The notes below the pieces were generated by a model. That model saw only the letters and a list, made by a program, of their open reading frames with translations. It ran no database searches and had not been told where the DNA came from. The translations under genes and the position numbers were made by a program. Positions 23,865 to 36,016 of a stretch of DNA of 64,000 bases are shown here, one piece after another; within the stretch, counting starts at the first letter, position 1, and every line of letters starts with the position of its first letter. Source of the stretch: Magallana gigas (Eukaryota); the NCBI RefSeq assembly GCF_963853765.1, contig NC_088860.1, positions 10,912,001 through 10,976,000 of the forward strand, in the 5' to 3' direction.

Positions 23865-25079
23865 TTATTTGTGAATGAATTAGGTCAATTATCGAACATT
23901 GGTCTATGTCAACATCAATGTCGTTGTGATTTTTGTGTGTGAAGTATCCAGCATTAATTTTTAATAATAAGTGTGTTTTTACTGAGAAAGATATTATGTA
24001 TTAATCAAGAAGGAATAAATGTGCTTCAGAATTTCTGACTTTACAACAGGATCGCTGCTTTTACGACAACGATTTCCTGACCTAGTTTTTGTTACTTCTG
24101 AACTCAGAAGAAGCTGGGGCAGACGTGGATGGAATATGATGTTGGAGCTTTGTTTTTTTAGATCCAAATTGGTAAGAATATATTGTTGGGTCTTTAATTA
24201 GATCACATACAATGTAAATGCATGCGTGCAATCAAACAAATTCGTCTTATGACAATTGTGAAATCAGCTGACTATTGAGAGAAGGAATATGCGTAGAACA
24301 AATTACAGATTGTGACAGGGGGAAATGGTATTGTTCTATTTATAACGACAGTAGCAATTTACAATCAAAATGTCGAATCTTGTGTAAGCTACAATCAGGA
24401 AATACTTTGGTGTACCCTGAATCTTCATCACCCTTTAAACTCTTATGCAACAGAGGTCGATCCATGAGATCAGCTGTCCACTTGATTACTTAATTATGGC
24501 ATGAGACCAATTTTTGCCAAGAACCAATTCTCGCCACCTTATAGTTTATGGTGTTAAATTGTGATTTTTTGGTGTAATATGAGGAGAATTTGTATTTGAC
24601 AAGAATTGATTCTCTGCCAAAGTGTTCATTGTAAAATTATTCAAAGTTGTTTAAATACTATTTCCTTGGTTGTCTTTTCAGAGCTTGAGTTATTTTTTAT
24701 AGGTTCGTACTCCTTTAGCCATTTGTCACATTCTTGAGAAGTCAGAAAGATTCGATGCTAAATACAATGTGCCGTTTTGTCGCAGAACTTTATTAACTAA
24801 GATCAGAGTGGTGCTACAATGTTGAAAGACTGAGAGAAAGTCAAGATTGATCACAAAATAAACTACCCTATAGGCACAAAATCCGGCTGATGTGACAGTC
24901 CTATAAAATAATTCAGACTAATTCTAAATTATATAAGCAACAATGTGTGCCTAGTGCATTAGTAGGTAGGAGGTATATATAATTATTATATATTTCATTA
25001 TTAAAAAAATGAATAAAGCAATGCAGGTCATCTCGGGTGCCTGTGACTGGGAGCTGTGTGGCACAGAATCCTTGTCTAG

Positions 25080-25755
25080 GGTCTTTAGTCATTGTTCAAC
25101 TTCTGGACTGGAATAATGGTCCAATTTCAAACTTGGCACAAGGTAGCTTGAGTTAATGGGAATCAGGTTTGTTCTAATGAAGGGGCATGCTCTTTTGAAA
25201 GGGAACTTTCTGATAATAGGGTGAGTGTCTTGAAAATCTATTTCTATAGAATGATGAATCCAAAAGTACCAATATATGAAAGGGGGTTTCTAAATAGTGA
25301 TATAGTGAAGATTTAATTTTTTAACAGCTTGACCCTTGTAACAGTCCCAGTAATTAGACTTCGATCAAGAGAGGTAAAAATTTTACAATTGAAAAATACC
25401 TGGTATAGGTAAAATCTGAAAATGTAAATAAAAAAATTCCCAAAGAAGCTCATTGCTACATACAGTGACATATCCAGTGCATTATGCAACCATCCTGATA
25501 CCAATCAGATTCCAGTTTTATAGTACATTAACCTATAGCTGATCAATACTCATGGTGTTCCAAATTTCTATTCAGTAAGGTCTATGGAAAAACATTCAAA
25601 ACCTCTTTTCATAGAAATACTGTAAATTCAATTTTTATAGAATATTGATATAGATTTAGAGTTGTATAAATCATTTAATTTTGTGGAAAAAAAGGAAGTA
25701 TGAAATTAATTTGAGAATGTGTTACCCTGGTGAACAAAGTGGCCCATAGGCCTTT
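25080..25755 (+). mobile_element. Degenerate Helentron-like remnant
   Basis: CCAATTTCAAACTTGGCACAAG (~25120-25141) matches the core of the 3291-4248 element. The 3' end CCTGGTGAACAAAGTGGCCCATAGGCCTTTTT (~25727-25757) resembles its subTIR/hairpin end. The 5' boundary is unclear. Confidence 0.4.
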
Positions 25756-25834
25756 TTGATTTTTTTTCATTTAAAACATTGATTAATTGTTGATTAACCT
25801 GTTGTTGACAGAGTGACCATGTGACTTGTGACAC

Positions 25835-28800
25835 ATGATGGTGGACAACCTCCCAGCCAATATCTCCTTGCCATTGCTTGGTATTGGGGCCCTGTCTCTT
25901 ATCCTTAGTCTTATTTTCTGTTGCTACATGTGGAGGTAAGTGAAAGAAACCCAAGTTTTTGTTTCTGAAACCAAGTTGCACCCTTGCCCCAACATACCAT
26001 GGTTGTTATAACATGATTTAGTGTTTGCCAAATGCTTGGCAGGAGAAGGAAATGTCTGTGTGACTGTGTCTTTTAAATGAGACCCTTGAAAACCCCTTCT
26101 GGTGAGGTATTTAGGTCATATATGCACATAAGGGACATATTTCTCCCCCTCCAATGCCCAGAATCTGTTTATTTTAAAAACCTTTCAGATTACTAAATCC
26201 ATAGCTATTTTATCCCTGAAAACTCACTGTATTATGTTATCCCCTATTGATTCTTAATCATTATATAGCTGCCATTCTATGGATTTGTACTCATAACAAC
26301 TCAGGCGACTGTTAAAGTCCTCGGGCCTCTTGTTTGAACTAGCTGGTGGATTTAATTTTTTCCCCCTTACAAATCAATTTTCTGTTTTATAGATTGAAAT
26401 GGAAAGCAAAGAGAGAGAGAGGATACAGGAGGGTAACTATCCAAATATCTCAAATTATTGGAAAAAAAAGTTCTATCTCATATTAATGGAGATAAGGATG
26501 TCAAAATTTACAAAATTCATAAGAACAAATATCATAGTCTATTTTATTCTTGTATGAAAAAAGTACAGTATATAATGTGTCTCATTTTAATGGTTGATTT
26601 TTGAAAAATATAACAATATAATTGAAGTTTAAACTTATGAAAATTGACAATGTGAGAACTTTAATATTATCTGAAGTTAAATATAAAAGCTCTTAATTAT
26701 CAGCTATGTGGGCACAAAAATGGAGTAACATTAATGAACATCAATTATGAATGAGGTTGATTTTGATAAATTTTAAGATATTAATAATAGTCAATACATG
26801 ATTTTTAAAATTTGTAAGTTTTTAACTCAAAAAAGTCTTTTTGAGATAGCTGTAAATTGTATTACAGTGCAAAAACTTTATAGCAGATGCAATTCTGCAT
26901 GCATTAGTTTTACAATATGTGACTGCAATGTTGCGTGCCAAATACAGGTTGGAAAACTTCTGTGTGAATGTTAATCAAGCTCCAAGGTCTTATGTGCATT
27001 TGATTGGCCAATCAACTGTGCATTGGAACTAGAGAGTCGGCTGAATGCGGTCTTATAAATTGTATAAATGTGGCATGACATAACACATTACGCAAGTCTC
27101 ATATTTTTGGCAATTTGTCAAAGCAGAGTTTGATATTTTTTACAGTGAACAATATATTGTACAACCTATTATTATCTTAACTGTTATCACAGATCGATAC
27201 ATGTACTATAGTAAAATACGTAAAACAAATTATTTTGTGCAGGTGAAATTTGTGTGTAGAAAAAAGGCAGCAAATGAGGTGAGTTTGACTGATTATTTTA
27301 ATTTTTGTTGCATATTACATATAAATTAAAACTTTTTCAGAAATCCAAAATTTATTCATGAGAAATAGTTTCTTATTAGCTCACCTGAGCTTTAATTGAT
27401 TGAAAAAGTCGGTTGTATGTTATCCTTGTAACTATTGTCATATTCCAAGGTGTCAACTTTTAATATTTTATCTTCTCCTCTGGAACCATTAGACAAATTG
27501 CAATCAAATTACAAAAAGTACAAAGTATATCCTTTGGTAAGAGATTTGTTCAGTTAAGGGGAAATGAATTGTGTGATGTGATTATGGAAAACTGGAAATT
27601 ATTGTGGGGGGGGGGGATTTCTTCTCAAAAACCACAGCATCTCAAATGCCAATGCAATATTTAGACAAATGCTTCTTATAATATAATAATTCAATTCTGG
27701 TTGTAACACACTTTCTGATTTGCTGAAAAAATTAATTTATATTGTATAAAGAATGTTGCCTACTTCACACAGAAACATCAAATTATATTAATCCACCAGA
27801 TTTTACATTTGAATTTAGTATAATTTAATGTCATTTTAAAGGTCAAATGACCATTTTAATTTACAATTAATAGCAAAAATAAAAGTTACAAGGAATAGAT
27901 TCAATTATAAGCTACCCAATTTATACTTTTAAAAAATTGGTTGGAACAGTTTACGCTTTATTATAGACTGCTTTGCTCTTAATAAAGCAAACTGCCTCAA
28001 CTCATTTTATATTTATAAAAATTGGGTAGCCTTCAAATTTCAAACATTAAGAAAATTTAGGAAATCTTTCTCTGAAGAATTAAAAAGGTATGGTTTGGAA
28101 TACATGTATCGATTGAAATGCACTTTGTTCAAGCCATGACCCCATGGCCTGGATTGATACACGGATTCCATGAGGGGAAGAAAATTTAAAAAAAAAAAAA
28201 AAGGCACTTATAGGAGAAATATTAATGACATGTTTAAGAATTTATTTTGCTAGCAACCTGTTGATTCAAACATGCTCATGGCCTCCACTTCAATAGAGGT
28301 CTCAATGAGGGGTTAACAGTTCAACACTGGAAAATAAGGGAAAGTCTTTAAATATCTTTTTCTCAAGAATTAAAATCCTTTAAAAACAATTTCTTTTGCT
28401 TTTATTTAAGCATCATGAGATAGTGTAGAATTAAAGTTCAAACCATTACCTCTACCTCAATAGCCCAATGAGGAGTGCAAAGTTCAGCAAAGAACTCTTT
28501 GCTTTGTTTTATTATTGTGGAAACATCCTGATATACTGTTGATTTAAGTTTCTCCCAAATGCGGTACATGACATAACATAAGATCCATTTGAAGGGTGCA
28601 AAGTCATTCTAGGACTTGGGGAAAATCTCCAGTAAATCGTTTAATTCAAATGACATTGTCGAGTTTAAGTCGAGAGCAATCTCTTCAAATGAATTGTCAC
28701 CCCTGAAGACCCATTTTTTTTTTACCCATGTGGTGCTTTGAGAACATAAACTCACAGAGTTACCAAGCTTGATTTTTTATATACCTACATGTATATGTAC

Positions 28801-29844
28801 AATGGATACCTTAAATAATATATGATGATTTTGATTTTATGAAGAGCTACTTTAGGTTGTCACTAAGGTGAGTGATATTGCCCATGGGCCTCTTGTTTTA
28901 AGCCCAGACTGATTACATAATCACATGATATCGTGATGTTTAGTTATATAGATAAATCAGTACATCAGATGTAGAAGTGTTTATCCATATATACAGTTAT
29001 GTAATAGCCGGTAGGTAACCTAAGACATCTAAAATTTAGGAACTATGAACAACTGGGATATTATACTTCAGTCATGAACAATTTTAAGCTTAATTAGACC
29101 CTTCAGCTAATTATATTGGGACTTCAGGATGTTACAGATTGAGATTAATTAGAGAAGTATGTATATTTATGTAATGGTAATACATGTAATAGCATTAACT
29201 TGCTTGATCTCTTACAGACCTGTCCTGTCTGTCTAGAAGACTTTGAACTGAAGGAATACATAGCTATTTGCCATTGTACACACTGCTTCCACATGAAGTA
29301 AGTTTTATAGACATGCTGGGATAATGCATTTTCCAAATTATATACATCCACCCAAACACATGCATGAACCACTTCTTTACTGTAACTGTCATATTTTTGA
29401 AAAATACATTTGAAAACATTCATTATAAATTTGATGAGAATGAAGGCATAAACGTTTCATTGGTTTTTTTTTAAGGGGGGGGGGGGAGGGGGGTTAGAAT
29501 TCTCTGACAACTTTATTGTATAAAAACAATTACTTTATTCATGTATTGCTTCTGCCATGTTGGAAAAAGCAGATGCAATAAATTAAATGTTTTTTTAAAT
29601 AGATATATAACTAAAATCATATTAAATGTAGATTGCCAGAGTGATGTATAAATTAATGTACATGTAAATATTTACCAAGATTCGCATCTTGTATTACAGG
29701 TGTCTTTTAGAATGGCTACGTCACAAGAACATGTGTCCAATGTGTAAGGCACCGGTGCAGTCTGGCTGTGTCAGTGAGAGGACTGGGCTAGTGTCAATGC
29801 CCATACCCACAAGGAATCTGCCTACCCAAGTCAACCATGTGTGA
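25835..29844 (+). CDS. RNF24/RNF122-like transmembrane RING-H2 E3 ubiquitin ligase, 133 aa, 5 coding exons
   Basis: join(25835-25935,26393-26432,27243-27278,29218-29297,29700-29844) = 402 nt, phase-consistent with GT-AG introns. The TM segment is LPANISLPLLGIGALSLILSLIFCCYMW (SLIFCCY is typical of RNF24/122). The RING-H2 is CPVCLEDF...CHCTHCFHMKCLLEWLRHKNMCPMC. A probable 5' non-coding exon ends at the donor TTG|GTAAGA (24171). The probable 3'UTR is long, to AATAAA near 32311. Confidence 0.9.
25975..26335 (+). mobile_element. Helentron-like 3' remnant in RNF intron 1
   Basis: It ends CTCAGGCGACTGTTAAAGTCCTCGGGCCTCTTGTT (~26301-26335), the same GGGCCTCTTGTT terminus as the other Helentron-like copies. 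The 5' boundary is approximate. Confidence 0.35.
27376..28897 (+). mobile_element. Old, diverged copy of the 3291-4248 Helentron-like family, in RNF intron 3
   Basis: It starts TTAGCTCACCTGAGC (27376-27390) and ends AGGTGAGTGATATTGCCCATGGGCCTCTTGTT (~28866-28897). Decayed core units (AAGCATC..., AAAGTTC..., GGAAAA..CTTTAAA) lie in between. Confidence 0.7.
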
Positions 29845-31044
29845 TAAGAATACATGTACCTCTATTTCCTGTATTGGTACATGTGATTATTACTCCTTTA
29901 TTTTCATAGTTTCATGCACTTTTATTTGGTTTTATAGTGTGGATTTTTCATTTTGATTATAATGCAATTATAGCGTGCTTCCATCTTTGTTCAGGTTTTT
30001 TTCCTGGTTGAAATAGAATTGGATTGTTTTATATGTGAGCATTCTTCAAACAGTACAAAGAATTTTTTTAAAAATCTGCAACAAGTTCATACTTACTTAT
30101 TAATCAAAATCTTAAGAGGGAAAACCCCATGTAATTGAATAGTGTAGTTTTAAACTTCACTAGCTAGTGAAAAGCACTGTAATATGTTTCTATGTATCAC
30201 CTGAGACTACTTAATTCTTTGCCTTTGTTGAAATCTTCTAAAAAGTTATTTCAGTAATAGTCGATGAAAATGAACATGTGAAATGTCAATTTTGGAGTTC
30301 ATTAATGACTTTTATCATGCAATGTATCTTATAATTCATAAACCATGTCTTAAAATCAAAATATGTGCAAGCATACAGTATAAATATGCATTAAAGTATG
30401 CACATGCATTTTCATAAGCATGTCTGGGTTATCGGATAAATGCATGGTTTTGTAGCTTTGACTTAAGATTTCACATACAAACAAAGCTATAGAATCCTTT
30501 CCTGCAACAATAATTTTGCAGTACTGCAATATTCTTTGAAGAAGGTGCTCTTACACAAGTGTATTGTCATAGTATATTTATACATTGTTAGGAAGTGCTT
30601 TGCAGTGCTATTTCTACCAATCTTTCTCTGTTTTAGCCATTTCAATTAATGTTGCCATATATTCAATATACATGTACGTAACATGATATATCTACTGTGT
30701 AATCACATGTTCTGCAATTTAAGATGTATTTGTTTTCTTAGTTTACATTTGATTGTTTTAGTGTACTTGGGTTTGTATTTTGTACTTTTATATGAAGTAT
30801 TGATGCGGGTGATAGTCCTATCGTGTGTTTATTGTAATGATCTTTATATGAATTAGAAATACAATAACTGAATATTACATGCGTATGTGGGCCCGAAAAT
30901 TAGACTAAGCTCTTGACAAGAAGAGTTGTTGAGCTCAGAGCCAATACCAGTAATTATTGTTAATGTTAGTGCTAGCTAGGTGGTTATTGTTGAAAAGAGT
31001 TTTTTTTTTTAGATATAATTTTAAGGCCCTGTACCAGAAGTATA

Positions 31045-31272
31045 TGTACAGGTACTTTTGATCCCATTTAAATGTGAGTGCTTAATTCCATAATTTCACT
31101 GTTTTGCATTAAATTGCAAGAACATAAAATTGCTGCAGAATTTTTATCTAATTAGTTTTATATTGTAAAAACAGTCAGAAAAATAAAAGCAAGTTTTAAA
31201 AAGAATCAGCGAGATGTGATTCTCGCGATTTAAGGAAGATATTAATTTCTCATGTTTAATTAGGAACAGGTA
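31045..31272. mobile_element. Degenerate MITE, same family as 45002-45227, inside the probable RNF 3'UTR
   Basis: It shares GTGCTTAATT and CTCG(C/T)GATTT...GATATTAATT.CTCA.GTTTAATTAGGAA segments with the 45 kb copy. Boundaries are approximate. Confidence 0.5.
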
Positions 31273-32816
31273 CTAGACAGGTGTTTAGGTTTTGATGCGT
31301 GAGGTGCTGTAAGGCTACATTCCTGTAAAACTGGAGTTGTTTGTTGAAGCATTAAATGTAGGGCATACGTGTAATGTAATGTATTTTAATTTTCCGCCAT
31401 AAATGTACATGTATAATGTGTTTACCGGTATGTATAATAACTATTAACCATGGTTTGCTGTTTGACAATTCACTAAGTGTACCAGGTACCGTACATGGAC
31501 TGTTTTCTTTTAATTGTTCACATATATAAAGTTATGATGCAATTTAACTGTATTTTACATGTACAATAGATTCATATATTTTGAAAAAAATTTTCATTTA
31601 TTTAATCTAATGTTATAATTTATCTACTCACGTGAATTTTAAACCACTTGGCTGATATTATCTAGTTCAATTTTCCTCATGTTCATTCATGTTCCTTATC
31701 GCCAATCCTGAACAGATCTAGAAATTCATCACATCCAAAATTCTGGGTGGACATAAATTAAACCTTAATTTTGTTAACGACTTCAAAATTATTTCTTATT
31801 AAAGATCATGCAGATAGAATTCTGACAGTGATTATTACAAAATTAAGTTCTCAAGACGAACACTTTTTTCAAGGTTGGAATGAATTTAACAGCTGTGTGA
31901 ATGTTGAATTTCATTTTAAGGGCATTGCTTCAGTGATGGTTGTATTTTTACAAGTTTTTATTTTTAAATCAAACTAAGATTCACTGCAGGTTTTTCATGA
32001 AGTTTGATGTGTCTATGTTACAGTAATTCTTAAGGATTTAAAGTAGAAATTAAAATTAGATTTTATAAAATGATGATCTAACTATATTGTAAGTGTTTAA
32101 CACATATTTATTATGTCTTCACATACTGTCATATATATTTGCACATTTATAATGGTAATCAAAAACACCCATATTATTGATATATATGCACCCATATAAA
32201 TATCAGTATATATTTCTATTTTATGATTAATGTATAATTTTCATTGAACAATATATATAACTATAACTGTGTATTTATATTGCTTCAATTTATATGCATG
32301 CATGTACTGGAATAAAAAAAATGGGTATTTTTTTTTTATTATAGAGAACTAATGAAATTACTTGTATTTCATTTTTGTCAACCAAAGAATGTGGGTTTTT
32401 TTTCATTATATTTGTATTTTGTTGGAAATCAAAATATGTTGAGAATGTTTAGTACCCAAGAAATGTCCTAAAATTGTGTTGAATCTATGCATGCACCCTA
32501 AAACATATTAACTTGGTTAGGATTTACAGAAGTAAACTTTATTGTATTGGCACTTGTTATAATTTGTACTCTGTATATAGTTCTGTGAAAATGAAACCCT
32601 TGTTTACTTGTTGCAGTCATGAAAAATAAACTGTTATATTTACATTTTTCAGTGTCTTTGCCTGTTTTATCACATACTACGTATTGATTTTGTATTAAAC
32701 ATGAGTCCAAGAAATTTAAATGAAGTATAATTGGGATGCAAGCGGGGTTTGCTTATTTAATATTTTCAAATATTTAATCATACAATTTTAAAAAATTACA
32801 TGAAAATTCCCTTAGT

Positions 32817-32960
32817 AATAAGGAATCATTCTTTGAATATTATGAGATGATAATTTCACTTGGGGCAAGATCGAAACTATCATTAATAAGTCTTTGGGTG
32901 GATTTGATCACGCCCCGACCAAAATTACCACCCCATAATACTCAAAGAATTGTTCCTTAA
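32817..32960. mobile_element. Fold-back mini-element, same family as 18480-18575
   Basis: Arms TAAGGAATCATTCTTTGAATATTATGAGATGATAATTT and AAATTACCACCCCATAATACTCAAAGAATTGTTCCTTA are imperfect reverse complements. Confidence 0.7.
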
Positions 32961-33136
32961 ATACAACTGACATTGATCCTTTTAACCTCTTATTTGAATG
33001 CATTAATGTTGAATTGAAATTTGTCATATCATCAAGGTAAGGACCTAGATAGTTAAAAAGTATTTCCCTCTGGTCTGACAAAGGTTACTTTGGAGGTAGA
33101 GAAAGCATTTAATATATGTTATAACATTTCATTGTC

Positions 33137-34466
33137 TTTTTATACCCCCGCAAACGAAGTTTAGGGGGGTATATTGGTTTCACCCTGTCCGTCTGTCTGT
33201 AGACGCAACTTTGTCCCCCCTATAGAATTTTTTATTACTGCATGGAACAGTTTGGAAATTTGTACATATGTTGAACACCATCTGAAGATGTGCACCTGCA
33301 ATTTTTTTTAAGATCAGACAAGATTTAATGATTTTATGACAGTTTTCATTTTCCTTATTCTATATATTGTACACTTATGTTGAAAAGTAAGGGAGGTAAT
33401 CCTTACAGATTTTATTAATTAATTAATAGTATTAAAACACTCTAAAATATATTTATATAAATACATCTAGATGGAGGTTTTTTGTCTTTATGTCTTAATT
33501 AATTAATAAATTTTTTAATTTTTTATAAGTATTCTATCAACTGACAATGCAAAGTTTTTGTTTGTCGATGATAAATTCTTAGGAGCTAATAAGAACATCA
33601 AAGACAAGTGTAGCTGAATTCATTTGTCCCAAGGAAGCCATTATCTGAGCCATGGTTCAGATGGAGCATGTGTTTAGGCGAAATTGATAATCTGTAAAAT
33701 GAGTGATGGTTTTGGGGCTATTTTAAAACTGTTTCATATAAACCAAAAGTTTCTATCATAAGGAAATAAATATTATCATTATTAATATAAAGAAGTTAAA
33801 CTATTTTTAGAAGTTGTTTAAATTGATTAGTCAAGTAAATTGATGAAGTGACCCTATTGGGCATTAATTTAAATGAAATTCAAAATTACTGATATGATTG
33901 TAGTGTTTTGGCAATTTTAAAATTGTTTGTAATATTACATTTTCTTTTTTACATATTTTTACATAGTATGGTAATTATGGTAAAGTTTTGGGAGTTTATT
34001 AAATTTAACAAGCTCATCAAAGAAAATCATAGTCCTATGGGATCAATTTTCTGATATGGAGTTCCATTGTGCCATAGGATAAAGTGAGGAAAATTTGAAA
34101 CAACTAATTGCATCTGTCAAGACTCTTATTAGAAAGATATTGAAAGTTTTATAAACAGAAGAGCATTGCTTGGCTACCGGTATTTCCATTTATTGCAAAG
34201 GGAGGGGTTAATGTCATTTTGTTGGTTTTTCTTTAAATCAATTAAATTTAAAAAATATATATATCATCAGATATATTACTGTTATAGATATGTATTTGCA
34301 GTGAAATTCTGACAATTTTGATTTGAATTTTTCTTTAATTTTTTTTTTTTTTTTTACAGTTCTAAAAAATTTTTTTGTACGTGTTCCAAACCTTCATTAT
34401 TCAATTATTTGTCCCATTTGAAATTAGCCTTGCGGGGGTATTAGTCCCATTAGGACAGTTCTAGTT
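33137..34466 (+). mobile_element. Third Helentron-like non-autonomous family
   Basis: 5' TTTTT then ATACCCCCGCAA (33142-33153), inverted at TTGCGGGGGTAT (34430-34441). A 3' hairpin GTCCCATTAGGAC is followed by AGTTCTAGTT. A (GTCT/GTCC)n microsatellite lies at ~33187-33200. Confidence 0.8.
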
Positions 34467-36016
34467 AGAATTGACCACAAATCTGACAGAATGGCAGTAC
34501 TCCACAACACTTCTCAAATTCAATGAACACATACTCTAAAATAACTTTTATTTGCAACATTTTATTTTGCAATTTACCAGAAATGAACTGGTTCACAGAG
34601 ACTATTATAATTTTTGTTGACAAAGCCTTAAATTGTAACTGGACTCTTTCAGACTGACTGTAAAGATTTTAAATGAAGACACAAGACAATGCATGTTTTA
34701 ATAATTTATTATCAATATCATTATCAGATATACAAGCCAGACATCCAGTCCGCGTCCGCAAGATTACCCCAGAAACAAAACTAGATTACAGTCATACAGT
34801 TGCATAGTACGTTTCTCAATTTCTCCCATATTTCCTAAGCAAAAATTAGATATGTTGGTACCAGTACATGTGCTAAAATACTGGTTAATAAACATGAATA
34901 GCATTCCTTTAAATGTATAAGGATGACAGAAGCTTAGTGCTATCTTGGCTAAGGTGAAACATATTAATACTATTCAAATAATATAAAATATATCCGGATT
35001 TTTTAAAATAAAAAACTGTATTCACTTGATGCATCACTAACACAATAATACTGTCACAGAATAAAAGAAATTGCTGGATATTCCATAGTAAGTACCACTT
35101 ATTCACTTTGTGATATGCAAATGCAAACCGGGTAATATTTAATCTTTGAAATCAAATTTATACTATCATCATTTAGGGAGGGAATGAGAGCAAAAAGAAT
35201 TAAGATATTTCAGCTAGAATGCACCAATATTTTCCATCACTTATAAGAATATGCTTGTAAAAATAGACACTCAAAAGTAAATATAATCTTCAAAATTATT
35301 TTGAACAAATCAAAGCACTTGACAAAATGCATCATGTTACAAACAAACGTTTTCATATATAAACAAGAATCATACAAAACATATCACAATTATTTATACA
35401 ATAACTTGGTATTTCTAATGTTTAAATATGTGGACCTTCTTCAGTAGTCCTGGATTTTCTATAGAGACATGGAGGACTAGCTTCGAACAATACATGTACT
35501 GAAATTCTCATACAGAGGCAAAGTTAATCTAAAAAATACGACTTAGTAATTATAAATGCAAATTTTCAGCTTGTTTTTTACCCTTGCTCATCTTCTAAAA
35601 TTACGACATAGTAATTACGGTATAAATGCAAATTTTCTGCTTGTTTTTTTACCCTAGCTCATCATTAACCAAATAAAAATGCTTTCACAAAAAAGATTTT
35701 TACCGGATATGATCGGAGGCAATTTACCAGTAAACCTTGATAATTCAATAAGCTTGGGTACTTGCTGATTAAGTCATTGTAGTTCTGTTGGGTACAAACC
35801 AATGTTGCAAGCTCAGATTATACATATGTACATGTACTCCATATATTAGTAATTTTCCCATAAAAATACAATTTGCAAAATTTAATAAAAAAAAATAATA
35901 TCTTCATACAAATCAGAATATGGTACACATTTTTTCTTCTCTAAACTTCTTATTCCGTTGGATTAAATTAAATTTGTTGCTAGAATCTGTGATAATTTGT
36001 GCAACTAGCTAATCAA

